A stretch of DNA of 64,000 bases from Octopus vulgaris. Taxonomy: Eukaryota. The stretch's first letter is position 1, and the number at the start of each line of letters is the position of its first letter. A program made the translations under genes and the position numbers. The notes beneath the pieces were generated by a model. That model saw only the letters and a program-made list of their open reading frames with translations, was not told the origin of the DNA and ran no database searches. This document shows, in pieces, positions 26,724 through 40,182 of the stretch. The stretch lies in assembly GCA_951406725.2 (NCBI GenBank), contig OX597834.1:13950001-14014000 (forward strand), given 5' to 3'.

Positions 26724-27034
26724 AATTATATGTAGCAACAAGCAACACAGATTTGGTATGAAAATGTATAAGAAATAAATAATGACATACAGAGCGTTTG
26801 CCATCAAAGTGTCTCGATATCACTTATTATACATTTCTGTGAAATGCTCTAAATTAAAGTCATTTTTCAGTAATCTGTGACTGAATAATTTGTTTGACGT
26901 CACTGAGAGGTGTCTGACGTCGCTGAATATTATTCAATAAAACTAATTACGATAGAGACTGTTGAGTATATATTTATGTATGTCTTCTCTATTTAGCTAA
27001 GCACGTCTGGCTATCTTTTATCGTCTATCTTTAT

Positions 27035-27755
27035 CGTTTCATTCATTATACTGCCGCCATAATGGACCGTCACCTTGAATTTTTAGTCGAATGAATATAC
27101 TATAGTACTTATTCCTTAAGCCTGGTATATATTCTACCAGTCTCTTTGCCGAACAGCTAAGTTACCTGGAACGCAAACGCACCAGCGTCGATGGTCAAGT
27201 TGTGTTGAGTCGACAAACATACACACACAGACACACAGACACACACAGACACACAGACACACATACAAACACACACACAAACACACACACACACACACAT
27301 ATATACACACACATATACATAAGGCGGCGAGCAGGCAGAAACGTTAGCACGCCGGGTGAAATACGTAGCCGTATTTCGTCTGCCGTTACGTTCTGGGTTC
27401 AAATTCCGCCGAGGTCGACTTTGCCTTTCGTCCTTTCGGGGTCGATAAATTAAGTACCAGTTACGCACTGGGGTAGTTGTAATCGACTTAATCCGTTTCT
27501 CTGTCCGTCTGTGTTTATCCCCTTGTGGGTAGTAAAGAAATATATATTATACACACACACACAGGCACACAGATATTTCAATATACATATATATCCGACG
27601 GGCTTCTTTTCAGTTTCTGTCTACCAATCCATTCCGAAGGATTTGGTCGACCCGAGGTTACAGTAAAATCACTTGCCAAGTGTCCACGCAGTGGGACTAA
27701 ACATGGAACCATGTGTTTGAGACTCAAGCTTTGTACCACACAACCACGCCTTCGG
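27035..27755 (-). mobile_element. Diverged SINE family A interrupted by a plus-strand SINE family B (27323-27540)
   Basis: 3' half 27035-27240 and 5' half 27595-27755; the B copy sits in the internal (CA)n tract. Confidence 0.8.
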
Positions 27756-28030
27756 CTATGTGGCAATATATGTCTCTTCCATTATGTGCTACATGTAGCC
27801 TACCATTCATGCTATTCGTTGATATGTCTACATATTTTTTATAACAGGTAGAAGCATGTATGTAACTAGTCATGTAGTAGCGATACGTGGTCAGAAGTTT
27901 GCTTCCGAACAAAATGGTTCCATGTTCTGTCCTAGTGTGACACCTTGGACTAGAATCTTCTACAATAGCTTTGGTCTGACCAAGGCCTTGTGAGTGGATA
28001 TGGTAGAAATGAAACTGAAAGAAGCCCGTC

Positions 28031-28074
<44 letters not shown>

Positions 28075-28104
28075 CTATGTATGTATATATATATATATAT
28101 ATAT

Positions 28105-28157
<53 letters not shown>

Positions 28158-28619
28158 TATATATGTATATATATATGAATATATATGTATATATATATAT
28201 GTATATATATATATATGAGTATATTTGTATATGTATATATATATATGTATATATATATACATATACATATATATTTATATACATGTACATATATATATAT
28301 TATATATATGTACATATATATATATGTACATATATATATATACATATATATATGTACATATATATATATATTATATATATTATATATATATATTATATAT
28401 GTATATATATATATATGTACATGTCTCAGTGGTTTCATTTTGTGTTCTTGAGTAAGACACTTTATTTGACGTTGCTCCAGTTCACACACCTGTAGAAATA
28501 GGTTGTTACATCATCGGTGTGCTTGGATAACCTGCTCTCGCCTTAGAAGCCTTACAAGTTGAACAGAGAATCTGCATCAAATGTTGACAAGAGCTTGGCG
28601 ATAGCTGTTCTAGGTCTAC

Positions 28620-29456
28620 GCCAAGTTTTGAAGGAGTTTGCATCGTTGTCGACACAGTCAAGGAGATTTTGTCTCTATAATTGAAACCTGAGTGTTTTTC
28701 TGGTCAGCTGAAAGCGGTTCTTGTTCAAACTTGGCAGACATGCATTATTTTATCCTAATCTTCAATGATAATGGATTGAACTGAACCTTATCTAATCTAC
28801 ACACCTTCTGATAACAGGTTTACGCACATCTGGCGGCGAGCTGGCAGAAACGTTAGCACGCCGAGCGAAATGCGTAGCCGTATTTCGTCTGCCGTTACGT
28901 TCTGAGTTCAAATTCCGCCGTGGTCGACTTTGCCTTTCATCCTTTCGGGGTCAATAAATTAAGTGCCAGTTACGCACTGGGGTCGATGTAATCGACTTAA
29001 TCCGTTTGTCTGTCCTTGTTTGTCCCCTCTGTGTGTAGCCCCTTGTGGGCAGTAAAGAAATAGGTGTACACACATCTGCAATGTTTTCCCTCAGTTCTGT
29101 TGGTTGCATGTTTCCCCGGAATTTCGTCACTATCGACATTTTTTCGATCATCTTGAAAACGTCTGAACCTTTGGTACACTTGTTTGCGGCCCATACACTC
29201 CTCTCCATACACTTTCTACAAATTTGAGTTGGACCCAGAGCAGGTATCGCCATGGCAACTTTCTCTGCCCTGGTCATTGCGACGATCAAACGTTACACGC
29301 GTTATTTCGAAACACTGCGGTAAACAACGGAAGTAATCTAGACCTTCTGCTGCGCAGCAGAGGTCACGGTTGGTCCGTGGCAAGTGGCTTTTCTCTGCGT
29401 TCTTTTCGCGTCATTTCAATGGCAGCCGTCCTGATACTTCTTGATCAGACTTCATA
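28620..29456 (-). mobile_element. Decayed mariner 5' half, interrupted by a SINE
   Basis: TIR-like tatgaagtctgatcaagaagtatcagg at the right end; HTH relic YGEECMGRKQVYQRFRRFQDDRKNVDSDE; continues left of the SINE as ..SAKFEQEPLSADQKNTQVSI. Confidence 0.75.
28832..29062 (+). mobile_element. SINE family B, full length, with ~15-bp TSD
   Basis: ggtttacgcacatct (28817-28831) / ggtgtacacacatct (29063-29077). Confidence 0.9.
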
Positions 29457-29682
29457 TTCTGTAGAATATAGTTTAATGTAGCTAGCATTTTGCGATCAGT
29501 CATTTGCTAATGCTGATGAATTAATGCTGAGGCAACGTAATACATGTAATGTGTTCATTATATAATAATATTTCGGCAATTATTTGTTGGTAAACGGGAG
29601 AATGAATCCATTGTTTTATTATACAAAAAGTGTGTTCTCTAAGTCCATCTTTTCTGTTTGCAGATTATATATATATACACAC

Positions 29683-29742
<60 letters not shown>

Positions 29743-29848
29743 ATACTTACACAATAGACACACACGCATACACACACATGTACGTATGCATGTACAAATA
29801 TATATGTGATTGTGTGTTTTTATATATTTATATCATATATATATATAT

Positions 29849-29884
<36 letters not shown>

Positions 29885-29974
29885 ATATATATGTATATTT
29901 ATATATGTATATATGTATACATATATATATATTGATATATATGTATATTTATATATGTATGTATGTATACATAC

Positions 29975-30009
<35 letters not shown>

Positions 30010-30023
30010 TGTATATATATAAA

Positions 30024-30069
<46 letters not shown>

Positions 30070-30619
30070 AACTCACACGCACACACACAAACACACACAC
30101 ACATGTATGTATATATATGTAGGTATGTATGTTTTATTTGTTTAATACAAAATTCTTCATTGTTAGCGTAAAATTACGTTGTAATAGGCGAAGACATAAT
30201 GGATATCAATTTCATAAAACTTTAATAAGTCCATTATGAAAATTTAAATACAATGGCAACTTGACTAAAATTCTTTAGGTACATTATACGTATCTAGATA
30301 ATATTTTCATTAAAAATCCACAAGTAGTAATTCTTTGAATTATAATTAACGTGATATACATAATGGTAACAAATAAGTGTTGTACTAGCATTATGATGGC
30401 ATGATTATGTAGAAATAAAACGTTGTGTCAACAAATACCATCACAATTGAAAGACTGACGTACGTTATTCATAAAACACAAATTTTCTCGTAAGTAAAGA
30501 AGAAATGAAGCGAGGAAATTCTCTTTCTCCCTCTCTCACACTCTCACTCTCGCTCTCTTTTTGTCTTTGTCTTGCTCTTACATTTTCTCTCTCTCCTTCC
30601 TTTTCTCTATCTCTCCCTT

Positions 30620-30766
<147 letters not shown>

Positions 30767-30865
30767 TCAAACATGAGGGTGAAAAATTAGATATTAATTT
30801 AATAATACCCTTATCTTAACACCAAGCGACCTAGCACATAACAAACCAGGGAGACGATACATATT

Positions 30866-31033
30866 TATCCGTAAATATAAGAGAGTTAACGTTAAATAGG
30901 TTAACTCTAGTGCTAGAAATAGCTAGGGTATTGCTATTTCTATGTGGAGGTAACGTCAGCGATTGTACCGGAGGACCTATTTCTAGCACTAGAGTTAATC
31001 TATTTAACGTTAACTCCCTTATATTTACGGATA
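30866..31033. repeat. Inverted repeat, 57-bp arms, 54-bp spacer
   Basis: tatccgtaaatataag...tgctagaaatag (30866-30922) / ctatttctagca...cttatatttacggata (30977-31033); two mismatches. Confidence 0.9.
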
Positions 31034-31176
31034 TATATATATATATATATATATATTCAAACGTTTAAGGGATGGTTATAATACGACATCCGACTCACTA
31101 GATAGAGCAGCTAAACTCCAAACCACTAATAGTTGTAATTCTGAAATGGAAAGAGAAATAAAAACGTTTACCTTCT

Positions 31177-31278
31177 CCTTTCTGGACTATGCATTGTTTC
31201 GGCAATCTTTAGTAAATACATTAAATTAAATTAAATTAAATTTATTTACCACTGGCGTTGCACTCATCAGGAGAAAAG
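31177..31278 (-). ncRNA. Type I hammerhead motif (CUGAUGA core, long stem II)
   Basis: cttttctc-CTGATGA-gtgcaa...ggtaaata..tatttact...ttgcc-GAAA-C aATGCATa G-TC-cagaaagg; same architecture as 851-942; C.C mismatch at the base of stem I. Confidence 0.65.
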
Positions 31279-31531
31279 CCAAGGTCTACCATATATTCAC
31301 GAGGCGATAACGAGAATGCCTCGAGTCTATATGCTATATATATATATAAATATTAGAAGAGTTGAGGTACCATCCGAATTTCAGAGTACTTCAATTCTTC
31401 TAATATAAAATACCTGTACATCATCTCCAAACCTTCTAATGTATATATATATATATATATAAAGTGTGAGAGAGAGAGAGAGAAACAGAGAGAGAGAGAG
31501 AGAGATGCATAGATATAGATATAAGTATGTG

Positions 31532-31890
31532 CAAGGAGGTACCCAAAGGAAACCGGAATTTTGCAATATTAATTTATTCCCTTAGCTTTTATCGCATTGT
31601 AATTATTCTCCACTTCGAGAAAAGATTCAGTCCAGGCGTGTTTTCCACTGTCCTAAGCAGTCTTGACACGCTTGCGAAATGATGCCTTTAAACGCATCCA
31701 TCGTTTCTTCCTTCACCTCTTCCACATAAGTAAAAGTTTTCTTGCAAGGACGTTTCACATTCGGAGGAACAAAATAAGTCGCTGTGTGTAAGATCGGGTC
31801 AGTCGATTCGGGGATAAGAGGGGTCATGCGCAGGTGCATTTTCGTAGTGAACCTACCACTTTCCCCTTTGCCATATGTCGGGATTTATAT
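31532..31890 (-). mobile_element. Decayed mariner 3' end
   Basis: PDL.. then KTFTYVEEVKEETMDAFKGIISQACQDCLGQWKTRLD (mariner C-terminus); TIR-like caaggaggtacccaaaggaaaccggaat at the left end. Confidence 0.7.
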
Positions 31891-32430
31891 ATCTTACCAG
31901 CAGTCGCTAATGTATATCAGCCTCTGCTTCCCACGCCAACGACGCTATCGAAGGGAAAAAGCAAAGGCCGATACAGTTTGGCACCAGTGACGTCGCAGCA
32001 TATTTCTACAGCTGAGTGACCTGGAGCAACGCAAAATAAAGTGTTTTGCTCAAGAACGCAACACACATCCCTGTTTCGGAATCGAACACATTACTTCATG
32101 ATTGTGAGCCGTGTGCCTTGACCATCTGCAATGCTATTTCACAGTGTATTAGATGACTTACATATTTTAATCAAGGTTCTTGTCAAGCCTATTTTACGTA
32201 TCTGGAAGCACTCGCCATGTGTTTTAGAGATACACACTTCACATTTCATTTCTCGAACACTTCTCCGTATATTTAGGATGGAAAATACAGGTGTGATATA
32301 TTTCCACACTGTCAAAGACCCAGCCTAACAATCTCTTAACTAAAATTTATGCTAGTTCGATATTTACTAAAATATCGTATCAACTCAGGAATTTGAAAAC
32401 CAAAGGCATTAGCATCGCGGGACCGAAGCT

Positions 32431-32453
32431 TAGTAGTAGTAGTAGTAGTAGTC

Positions 32454-32502
<49 letters not shown>

Positions 32503-32567
32503 CAGTAGTAGTAGTATTAGCAGCAGCAGTAGTTGCAGTAGTAGTAGTATTAGCAGCAGCAGTAGTT

Positions 32568-32666
<99 letters not shown>

Positions 32667-32706
32667 TAGTAGTAGTGGTAGTAGTAGTTGTAGTAGTAGT
32701 AGTAGT
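32431..32706. repeat. (TAG)n microsatellite
   Basis: Direct reading. Confidence 0.95.
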
Positions 32707-33474
32707 TATCGGCGTAGCAGCAGTAACAGACAACAGTAGCAGCAGATGTGGTTGTAATTTCGCCCTCATCAGGATCAGCGATACCTGCAGCAGCGTCGGT
32801 ATATTTAACTGCTTCCATGGGAGTGCATTGGTGTTGCTGTTGTAGATCTTGTTGTTCCGCAAGATTCCCATAATTTCTTGCGCCATATAAAAGCGTTCGC
32901 CATATTGTCTTTTAAATGGATATCTTAATATATACCATCATATGACATCGTGCGCGAGATTACTTTATTTTATTTATTTACATTGTTTTTCTGTTAGTCA
33001 AGAGAAAATATTATAGATTTCAATCACAGCCAAACACATTTCACACCGATTGTCATATGAAGAATTTCCTGCGTCGGTTTAGTTCTAAGAACCGTAGATA
33101 ATAAGCAAACAAACGATTGCAACGAGCATTGGACTAATTTACGAACACATTCAAGTGTTTATATTTGCGTTGCATTCCAACGATCAGAAGAATATTTGAA
33201 GATATTGACAATCTCTGCGATCAGTAATTCGTAGCATTTCTTCTACAAAACTGCATTTCTCATTCAGAGCAATTCATATGATTCAGTGACTAATTTTGCT
33301 ATCCATTTATTTTTTTTACCGATATTGTAAATATTTTTCTTGTTAATTTCCAGGTCTTAAGAGTGTAGTGGATGGCCGAATGTGGAATAATATCACAATA
33401 GTTTGTATACACCCCGAATCAATTTCTGCGAAACCCATACAATTGTCTTTTTCTACATCTAAGATTACTTTATG

Positions 33475-33557
<83 letters not shown>

Positions 33558-33650
33558 TAAATAGTATATATATATATATATGCATATATACATACGTATA
33601 ACTGTATACTTACATATATACGTGTATATATATATATATATGCATATGTG

Positions 33651-33735
<85 letters not shown>

Positions 33736-33918
33736 GTGTGTGTTTGTGTGTGTATGTATATATATATATACACAACGACCTCGAATCCACAAGAGTGAAC
33801 AAGAGAGACAGAGAAAGGCAGAAACAAGGAAAATGCCACTTATATTTGAACACTATACAAATATTCTTTTAAAAAAACTTTTCTTTTAATTTTTCTAATT
33901 TTAATTATTTAATCGTTA

Positions 33919-33956
33919 CAGTTGAAAAGGTCTCAAAATGACTGAAACCGGTACTG
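33919..33956 (+). ncRNA. Minimal type I hammerhead motif, U3-A8 variant
   Basis: cag-TTGAAAA-ggtc tcaaaat gact-GAAA-CCGG-TA-ctg; G-U at the base of stem II. Confidence 0.65.
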
Positions 33957-34317
33957 AAATGTTCTTTATAAAATTATTTTAGCATTTTCTATTTTGACTT
34001 ATTTTTTCATATATATATATATTAAATAAGTATTATTACCGTCATTTAATAATATTAATAATGATACTAATAAGGAAGCTAATAATAATAATAGTGAATA
34101 ACTGGTGGTTTTCGAACGATGGCTCTAATTACATCAAGTGGTATTTAAATACTCTATAGTATTTCAATTCAGTATCTGTGTGTGTGTGCGTATGTGTGTG
34201 TGCGTATGTGTGTGTGCATGTGTGTGTGTGCATGTGTGTGTGTGTGCGTATCTATAAAAGAAAAATAGATATAGAATCAACAAGAAAAGTGAGTACGATT
34301 CGACATATGTTTAATAG

Positions 34318-34427
34318 CCACTACATATGTTTCGATAGAACATAGGTCTACATAAATACAAGATTTAAATTTAAATTTTGTAACGCTTTACCTGTATAAT
34401 AGGACCTAGTTTTATCGTTACAGGTGA
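34318..34427 (-). ncRNA. Degenerate hammerhead-like motif with long stem II
   Basis: tcac-CTGTAAC-gataaaactaggtc...gacctatgttctatc-GAAA-C ATAT G-TA-gtgg, then ATTAAA; 5' core strand deviates from CUGANGA. Confidence 0.45.
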
Positions 34428-34582
34428 TATATAATCATTTTCTCCGTAAGTAAAAGCCTAAGCCTGGAATTGGTTGTACAACATAATATTGCCGCTTATT
34501 TGGTAATTCTAAGATGAACGAGCTCCATTTTCTACTTGAATACGTCCCTAACGGAATACACTTGAACTAACTAAATATATAA

Positions 34583-34639
<57 letters not shown>

Positions 34640-34640
<1 letters not shown>

Positions 34641-35033
34641 TAGCAGTATCGCCCGGCGTTGCTCGGGTTTGTAGGGGAAATAACTATATAAGCATTTTTA
34701 GAGATGTAAAGTATAATAGCCATCTCAATATGGCTAAGCACAAAGGGGGGTGTTACTGTAGCTTTTTACGTTCTGAGATTTAATAATACATTTTTAGAGA
34801 ATTACGTCCCTTATATAATAGCAAAAAAATGCTTTAAAAATGGGAAAAAATGATGGTAATATTTTTTTAAATCGTAGACTCATCGTAGACGCGCGCTAAT
34901 ACCCAGAAGGGCTCGATATGAATCACGACTATTAGATACCCGCTTTTGGTTACACTGCACCGCAAAATGTGGGAGTAGTTAGGAATTTAAATCGTAGGAG
35001 ACAGACACACAACTTCACTTTTATATATAATGA
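34640..35033 (-). mobile_element. Non-autonomous Helitron, complete (394 bp)
   Basis: Minus strand begins TC(attatatataaaag), ends with hairpin cccgagcaacgccggg then ...CTAG, and is inserted between A and T with no TSD. Confidence 0.85.
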
Positions 35034-35265
35034 TATACAACCTTGCTATTATGCTAAAGGGTCATTCAATGCCCGAAATGAGGAGTAGAGAGACAGCCGG
35101 AAATTGACGAAGGGTTCTTTCTCTGTGCTAACGTACCCTGATTACCATATTTCTTCTCGTTCTTTACGTATTTCATGTCATTTGCGCCGTTGGTGACGTC
35201 CTGCACCTATATGAGAATGTGCATACATATTATTATATAATTGAACGCGATGCACCCATTTCCAA

Positions 35266-35318
<53 letters not shown>

Positions 35319-35568
35319 TTAATTATCAATACTTTATAAGCTTCAACCTTATAAAATATTATTGCTATTATTTACAGATTGCAAATTCAGTACCACTTAC
35401 CCAATACCTGCACAACACGTATATATATATATGTGTGTGTGTGTACTGTATACTCTCCCAATCCCACTCTCTCTCTCTCCATATATGTATATATATATAT
35501 ACATACATACACACATATATATATATGTATATAGGTACATATAATTATGTATATATATATATAAAATT

Positions 35569-35602
<34 letters not shown>

Positions 35603-35614
35603 GGTACATATAAT

Positions 35615-35686
<72 letters not shown>

Positions 35687-37714
35687 ATGCGTTAATACAT
35701 ACACATATATACGCAAACGTACGTTGTGGAAATATGGTTATATTCGCCTCTCTGTGTATGGCTTCGTGTATGTGTGCGCAGACGGCACCTGTATTATTAA
35801 ACTTATCCATTTGAGAAAGTGTTTTATTTACTTAGCTTCTATGAATTCATTTCATTTAGTGATGAAGGTGAAACTGCCATTTTTTTCCTCACATCTGTTC
35901 CTGTGTCATGTCAACCAAACATTACAAGTATCGCTATTCATTTCCTGTCTTTTGAGAGGAATCGATCGATCACACGTTCTTAATGGAAATTCCAACAGTT
36001 ACACATCTCACGAACATATTTCTACTCAACGATTAAATCTTATTTTTCATCATACCGCGTGACGTTTGTCTACGTGTTTATCCAGTTCGGAACAATGCTG
36101 GAAGTGTTTTCTCGTTTGGTTTCTTAATAACCCAAATTTCTCATGTGTATGGAGACATTTATGCATGCTGGCACGTTTATATATATTTGTAGGAGGCGTA
36201 TGACCTTTACAGGCGCATGCAAAGCTGTCTGGTAAGAAGCTTGCTTCACTACCAAACGGTACTCGGTTCAGTCGAACTGCATAGCAACATGGGCAAGTGT
36301 TTTATACCATACACTCATGCCGAAAAAGAGTGGATTTGGGAGGCGGAAACTGAAAGAAGCCTGTTGTGTGTATATATATACAAATTGAGATAGGGGTTGT
36401 AAATGCAACCCTCCAGGGGATAACATATATATAACATATATATATATATATATATTTGTATGTGTGTCTGTGTTTGTACGCCCATTATCGCAGGACAACC
36501 GATGTTGGTGAGTTTACGTCACCGCAACCCAACTGTCACGCCACAGATAATTATACATGTATATACATATGGATATATATGTGTATATCTATATATATAT
36601 GTGTGTGTGTGTGTATGTATGTATGTATATAATAGTAATGTATAATAGCCAACCAAGTGTGGCATCATATACATGACAATGCTACTGACGTTTTTAACCA
36701 CAGGTTGACATCTCCTCCAGCTGGTTAATTACACACTTTCTGTGTACGATAAGTAGTTGCGAAGGAAGGTCATCGCTGCCAACTATAGCCTTACAGGATA
36801 AACACGGACTCGAGTTTCTAAGTCGTTAGCTGTTTTCAGCTTGTGCTAATCTAGGGGGATCAGACTGAAGGACGAAAACGCGGAGAAATTTCCCAGCAAC
36901 ATTAGCAAAACATTATTAAAAACCAACATCTGATGCAGAGTCTGAACTGTTTTGGGTAATTGTTCAAATGTCCAGGGTTCCAGAGAAAATAACTCGTGAG
37001 AATTATTATGTAACATAGACGGCAGGGATGACGATTGGAAAAATGACGATTGAGGCTGAAAAGATGACCTGTTTATATAATGCTAATCGAACCAAATGTC
37101 TTCTTGAAATGAATTGTAAATGAATTATGTGGCTGATCGACAGGAAAACTGGAAGTAAAATAATAAACGATTCTGAGCTCACTTGATGAAATGAAAGGGT
37201 CCATTGAGTAACATCGTTTTGAGAAACTTAAAAATCGTGTAAGAGCATTATCTGTTATTAAACTTTTAATACTTTTGATATATATTTAAAATAAAAATAA
37301 AAAAAAATTAATTAATAAAATAATATATAAATATAAAAATATACATACATACATATATATATATATTTGTATATATATATATAATTTATAAGTTTAAATT
37401 ATTTAAATAATATTTTTTTTAATTTTATATTTTTAAATTAATTTTATGTATTGGCTTATGTTTTTCACTGTTTGATTTGCCTAATAGTGGTTTTATCTCT
37501 AATTTAATATAATATATATATATATAAATATATATATATTTACACCCACACGTACACACCAGTGGTCAGTGACAGAGTGAGGTGATTCTTCTTCTCTTCT
37601 TCTTCTCCTATTTCTTTTTCCTCTCCTCCTCGTCCTGCTCCTCCTTCTTCTTCTTCTTGAACGTCGTCGTTTCATCATCATCATTATTATTGTTGTTGTT
37701 GTTGTTGCTTTCTT

Positions 37715-37793
<79 letters not shown>

Positions 37794-38555
37794 TTATTAT
37801 TATCATTACTATTATTATTATTATTGCTGTGTTTGTTGTTGTCGTTATTTAATATTTTGATTTTAGATGATATTCTATATGAATAATTACTGCTGATAGG
37901 AAAAAAATCATTGCAGAGGAGGAATTATTAATCAATCTAGTATTTAATTGCTAGGTATAATTAGGTTTCTAATTGTCACATTAGAAAATACACATAACTT
38001 GATTAACATCGAAACGGAGGCTGTTATTTTTGTTCGTAGAAACTATCAGCTTAATGAGTATCATCGCTCTAATTATCATTGGCATCATTTATCATTATCA
38101 AAAATTTAATTAGTACTATTTATGTTGTTGCTGCTTTTGATGATGATGATGGTGCTGATGATGTTCTTGTCGTTATTAATGTCCTAGATTTACATTGCTC
38201 AGTTATTAAGTGTTCCAGCCCTAAACCGCGATTAAGAAATAAACGATCGGTAAAGAAACCCTCAACGGGAGTTTATATACGACGGAGCCTCAATTCGTTT
38301 GTATGTTCTTCTTCTTGTTAGTGTTGTTTGTTTCTGCATTCTATGGTTGCTTATATGAAACTTGACTGAGTTGACCTACGATCGAACGTGCCGTAACTAT
38401 TACCACCTTTTAAAACTACCCTTGCTGTGGAAGTAGAGTTCCTGTGTAAAGTCTCACACCCATACATGTTATCAACGTATCAACGGCCGTTTCGTGCCTT
38501 CATTCCAGTATTACATCATTAAATACGACTCTGAACTGTACAGTTAAATGATATG

Positions 38556-38778
38556 CTGGCAGAAACGTTAGCATGCCGGGCGAAATGCGTAGCCGTATTT
38601 CGTCTGCCGTTACGTTCTGAGTTCAAATTCCGCCAAGGTCGACTTTGCCTTTCATCCATTCGAAATCGATAAATTAAGTACCAGTTATGCACTGGGGTCG
38701 ATGTAATCGACTTTATCCGTTTGTCTGTCCTTGTTTGTCTCCTCTGCGGTTAGCCCCTTGTGGGTAGTAAAGAAATAG
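38556..38778 (+). mobile_element. SINE family B
   Basis: Near-consensus copy. Confidence 0.9.
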
Positions 38779-38985
38779 ATATGTGTGCGTATGTGTATCC
38801 GTACACGCACATACACACATACACACACATCACTGGCTGTGTGGTAGGTAGCTTGCTTACCAGCCACATGGTTCTAGGTTCATTCGCACTGAGTGGCACC
38901 TTGGGCAAATGTCTTCTAATATAGCCTCGGACCAACCAAAGCCTTATGAGTGGCTTTCTTAGACGGAAACTGAAAGAAGCCCGTC

Positions 38986-39035
<50 letters not shown>

Positions 39036-39045
39036 CAGCACGGAC

Positions 39046-39095
39046 TTTGTCAGTGAACAGGTCGCGGATTTTAGCGACGGAAATATTTTGACAAA
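39046..39095 (+). ncRNA. Hammerhead-like motif, G3-C8 variant, in a ~200-bp PLE-like repeat (39031-39236)
   Basis: tttgtca-GTGAACA-G-gtcgc ggatttta gcgac-GGAA-ATAT-TT-tgacaaa then ATTAAA: 7-bp stem I and 5-bp stem II; GAAA reads GGAA in this copy. Confidence 0.55.
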
Positions 39096-39231
39096 TTAAA
39101 CTTAAATGTTGAAGTGAATCGAACGGCTTTTGTGTGTTTCTTAAATGGCTTATAAACACCTTCCACGCTGCAATTGTTTTCGTTTCAGCACACGATCTCA
39201 GATCAAATTACTTGCTATGCGAGTACATCTC

Positions 39232-39690
39232 CGTAAAAGTAAATATTTGTAGAAATTGAACTCTCCGTGAAGAAATATGGACCCATTATTCGACTGCAGC
39301 AATGATTCGATCCTACACCAGACAGTTACCTTTGTTCTATCTCTGTGAAATTCCATAGAGACATGGGGGTGTTCTGATCCCCAAATCCTCACATTACGGG
39401 TGTTCAGTTTCCCTGAAACATGAGAGGTTGCCTCATCGTTTAAACAATCTCGGGTGAGGAATGCTGCATCCTCAGACGTAAGTTTCAACATGATAACTGC
39501 AAACTCATTTCGTCTTAGTTTCAAATTTCGTTGGAGTACCTGTAAAAATTTCACCTTGTAAGCATACAATCACAAGTTCTTTTGTAGGACTTTGTGTACT
39601 GTATAACGTGGTAGCTGTGAGTGTCTGACAGCAGCACTTATAGACTTTGTAGGAGACCTAGCAAAGGCTTGTCTCACACAAAGTTCCTTA

Positions 39691-39694
<4 letters not shown>
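39232..39694 (-). repeat. 463-bp inverted duplicate of 40555-41017 (internal transposase segment)
   Basis: Reverse complement matches; ORFs 39198..39569(-) and 40680..41051(+) are identical up to the breakpoint. Confidence 0.95.
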
Positions 39695-39750
<56 letters not shown>

Positions 39751-40182
39751 TAGTGTGTGTGTTTGTCTGTTCCCGCGACATCGTTTGACAACCGATGCTG
39801 GTGTGCCTACGTCCTTTTAACTTGGAGGTTTAGCAAAGAGGCCGATAGAATATGAACTAGGCTTACAAAGAATAAGTCCTGGGATCGATTTGCTCGACTA
39901 TAGGCTATGCTCCAGCATGGCCGCAGTCAAACGTCTGAAACGTGTAAAACAGTAAAAGAGTATATATATATATATATATATATATATTAATATTCTTTCG
40001 CTTAGGAATAACGAGATTAACAACCTAGTGTAGGACCCAATATACTTATGCTTCAGAACACAAGAGTATAAACGAGAAGTCTACTGAATGTTATAGTAAA
40101 GTTGCCATGCAGTGAGACTGAACCTGGGATGGTGCGATTGGGAAACAAACTTTTACCACACAGTCACACTTGTGATTATATA

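Larger units (their letters stand above)
38833..39960 (+). mobile_element. SINE family A split by an insertion in its internal (TA)n
   Basis: 5' half 38833-38987, 3' half ~39765-39960; insert 39031-39694. Confidence 0.8.

Noticed and set aside
38474-38527. Decayed HHR-like motif on the minus strand (GAAA-C GGCC G-UU, stem I cgtatt/gatacg)
   Set aside because: The 5' core strand and stem II are too damaged to call.
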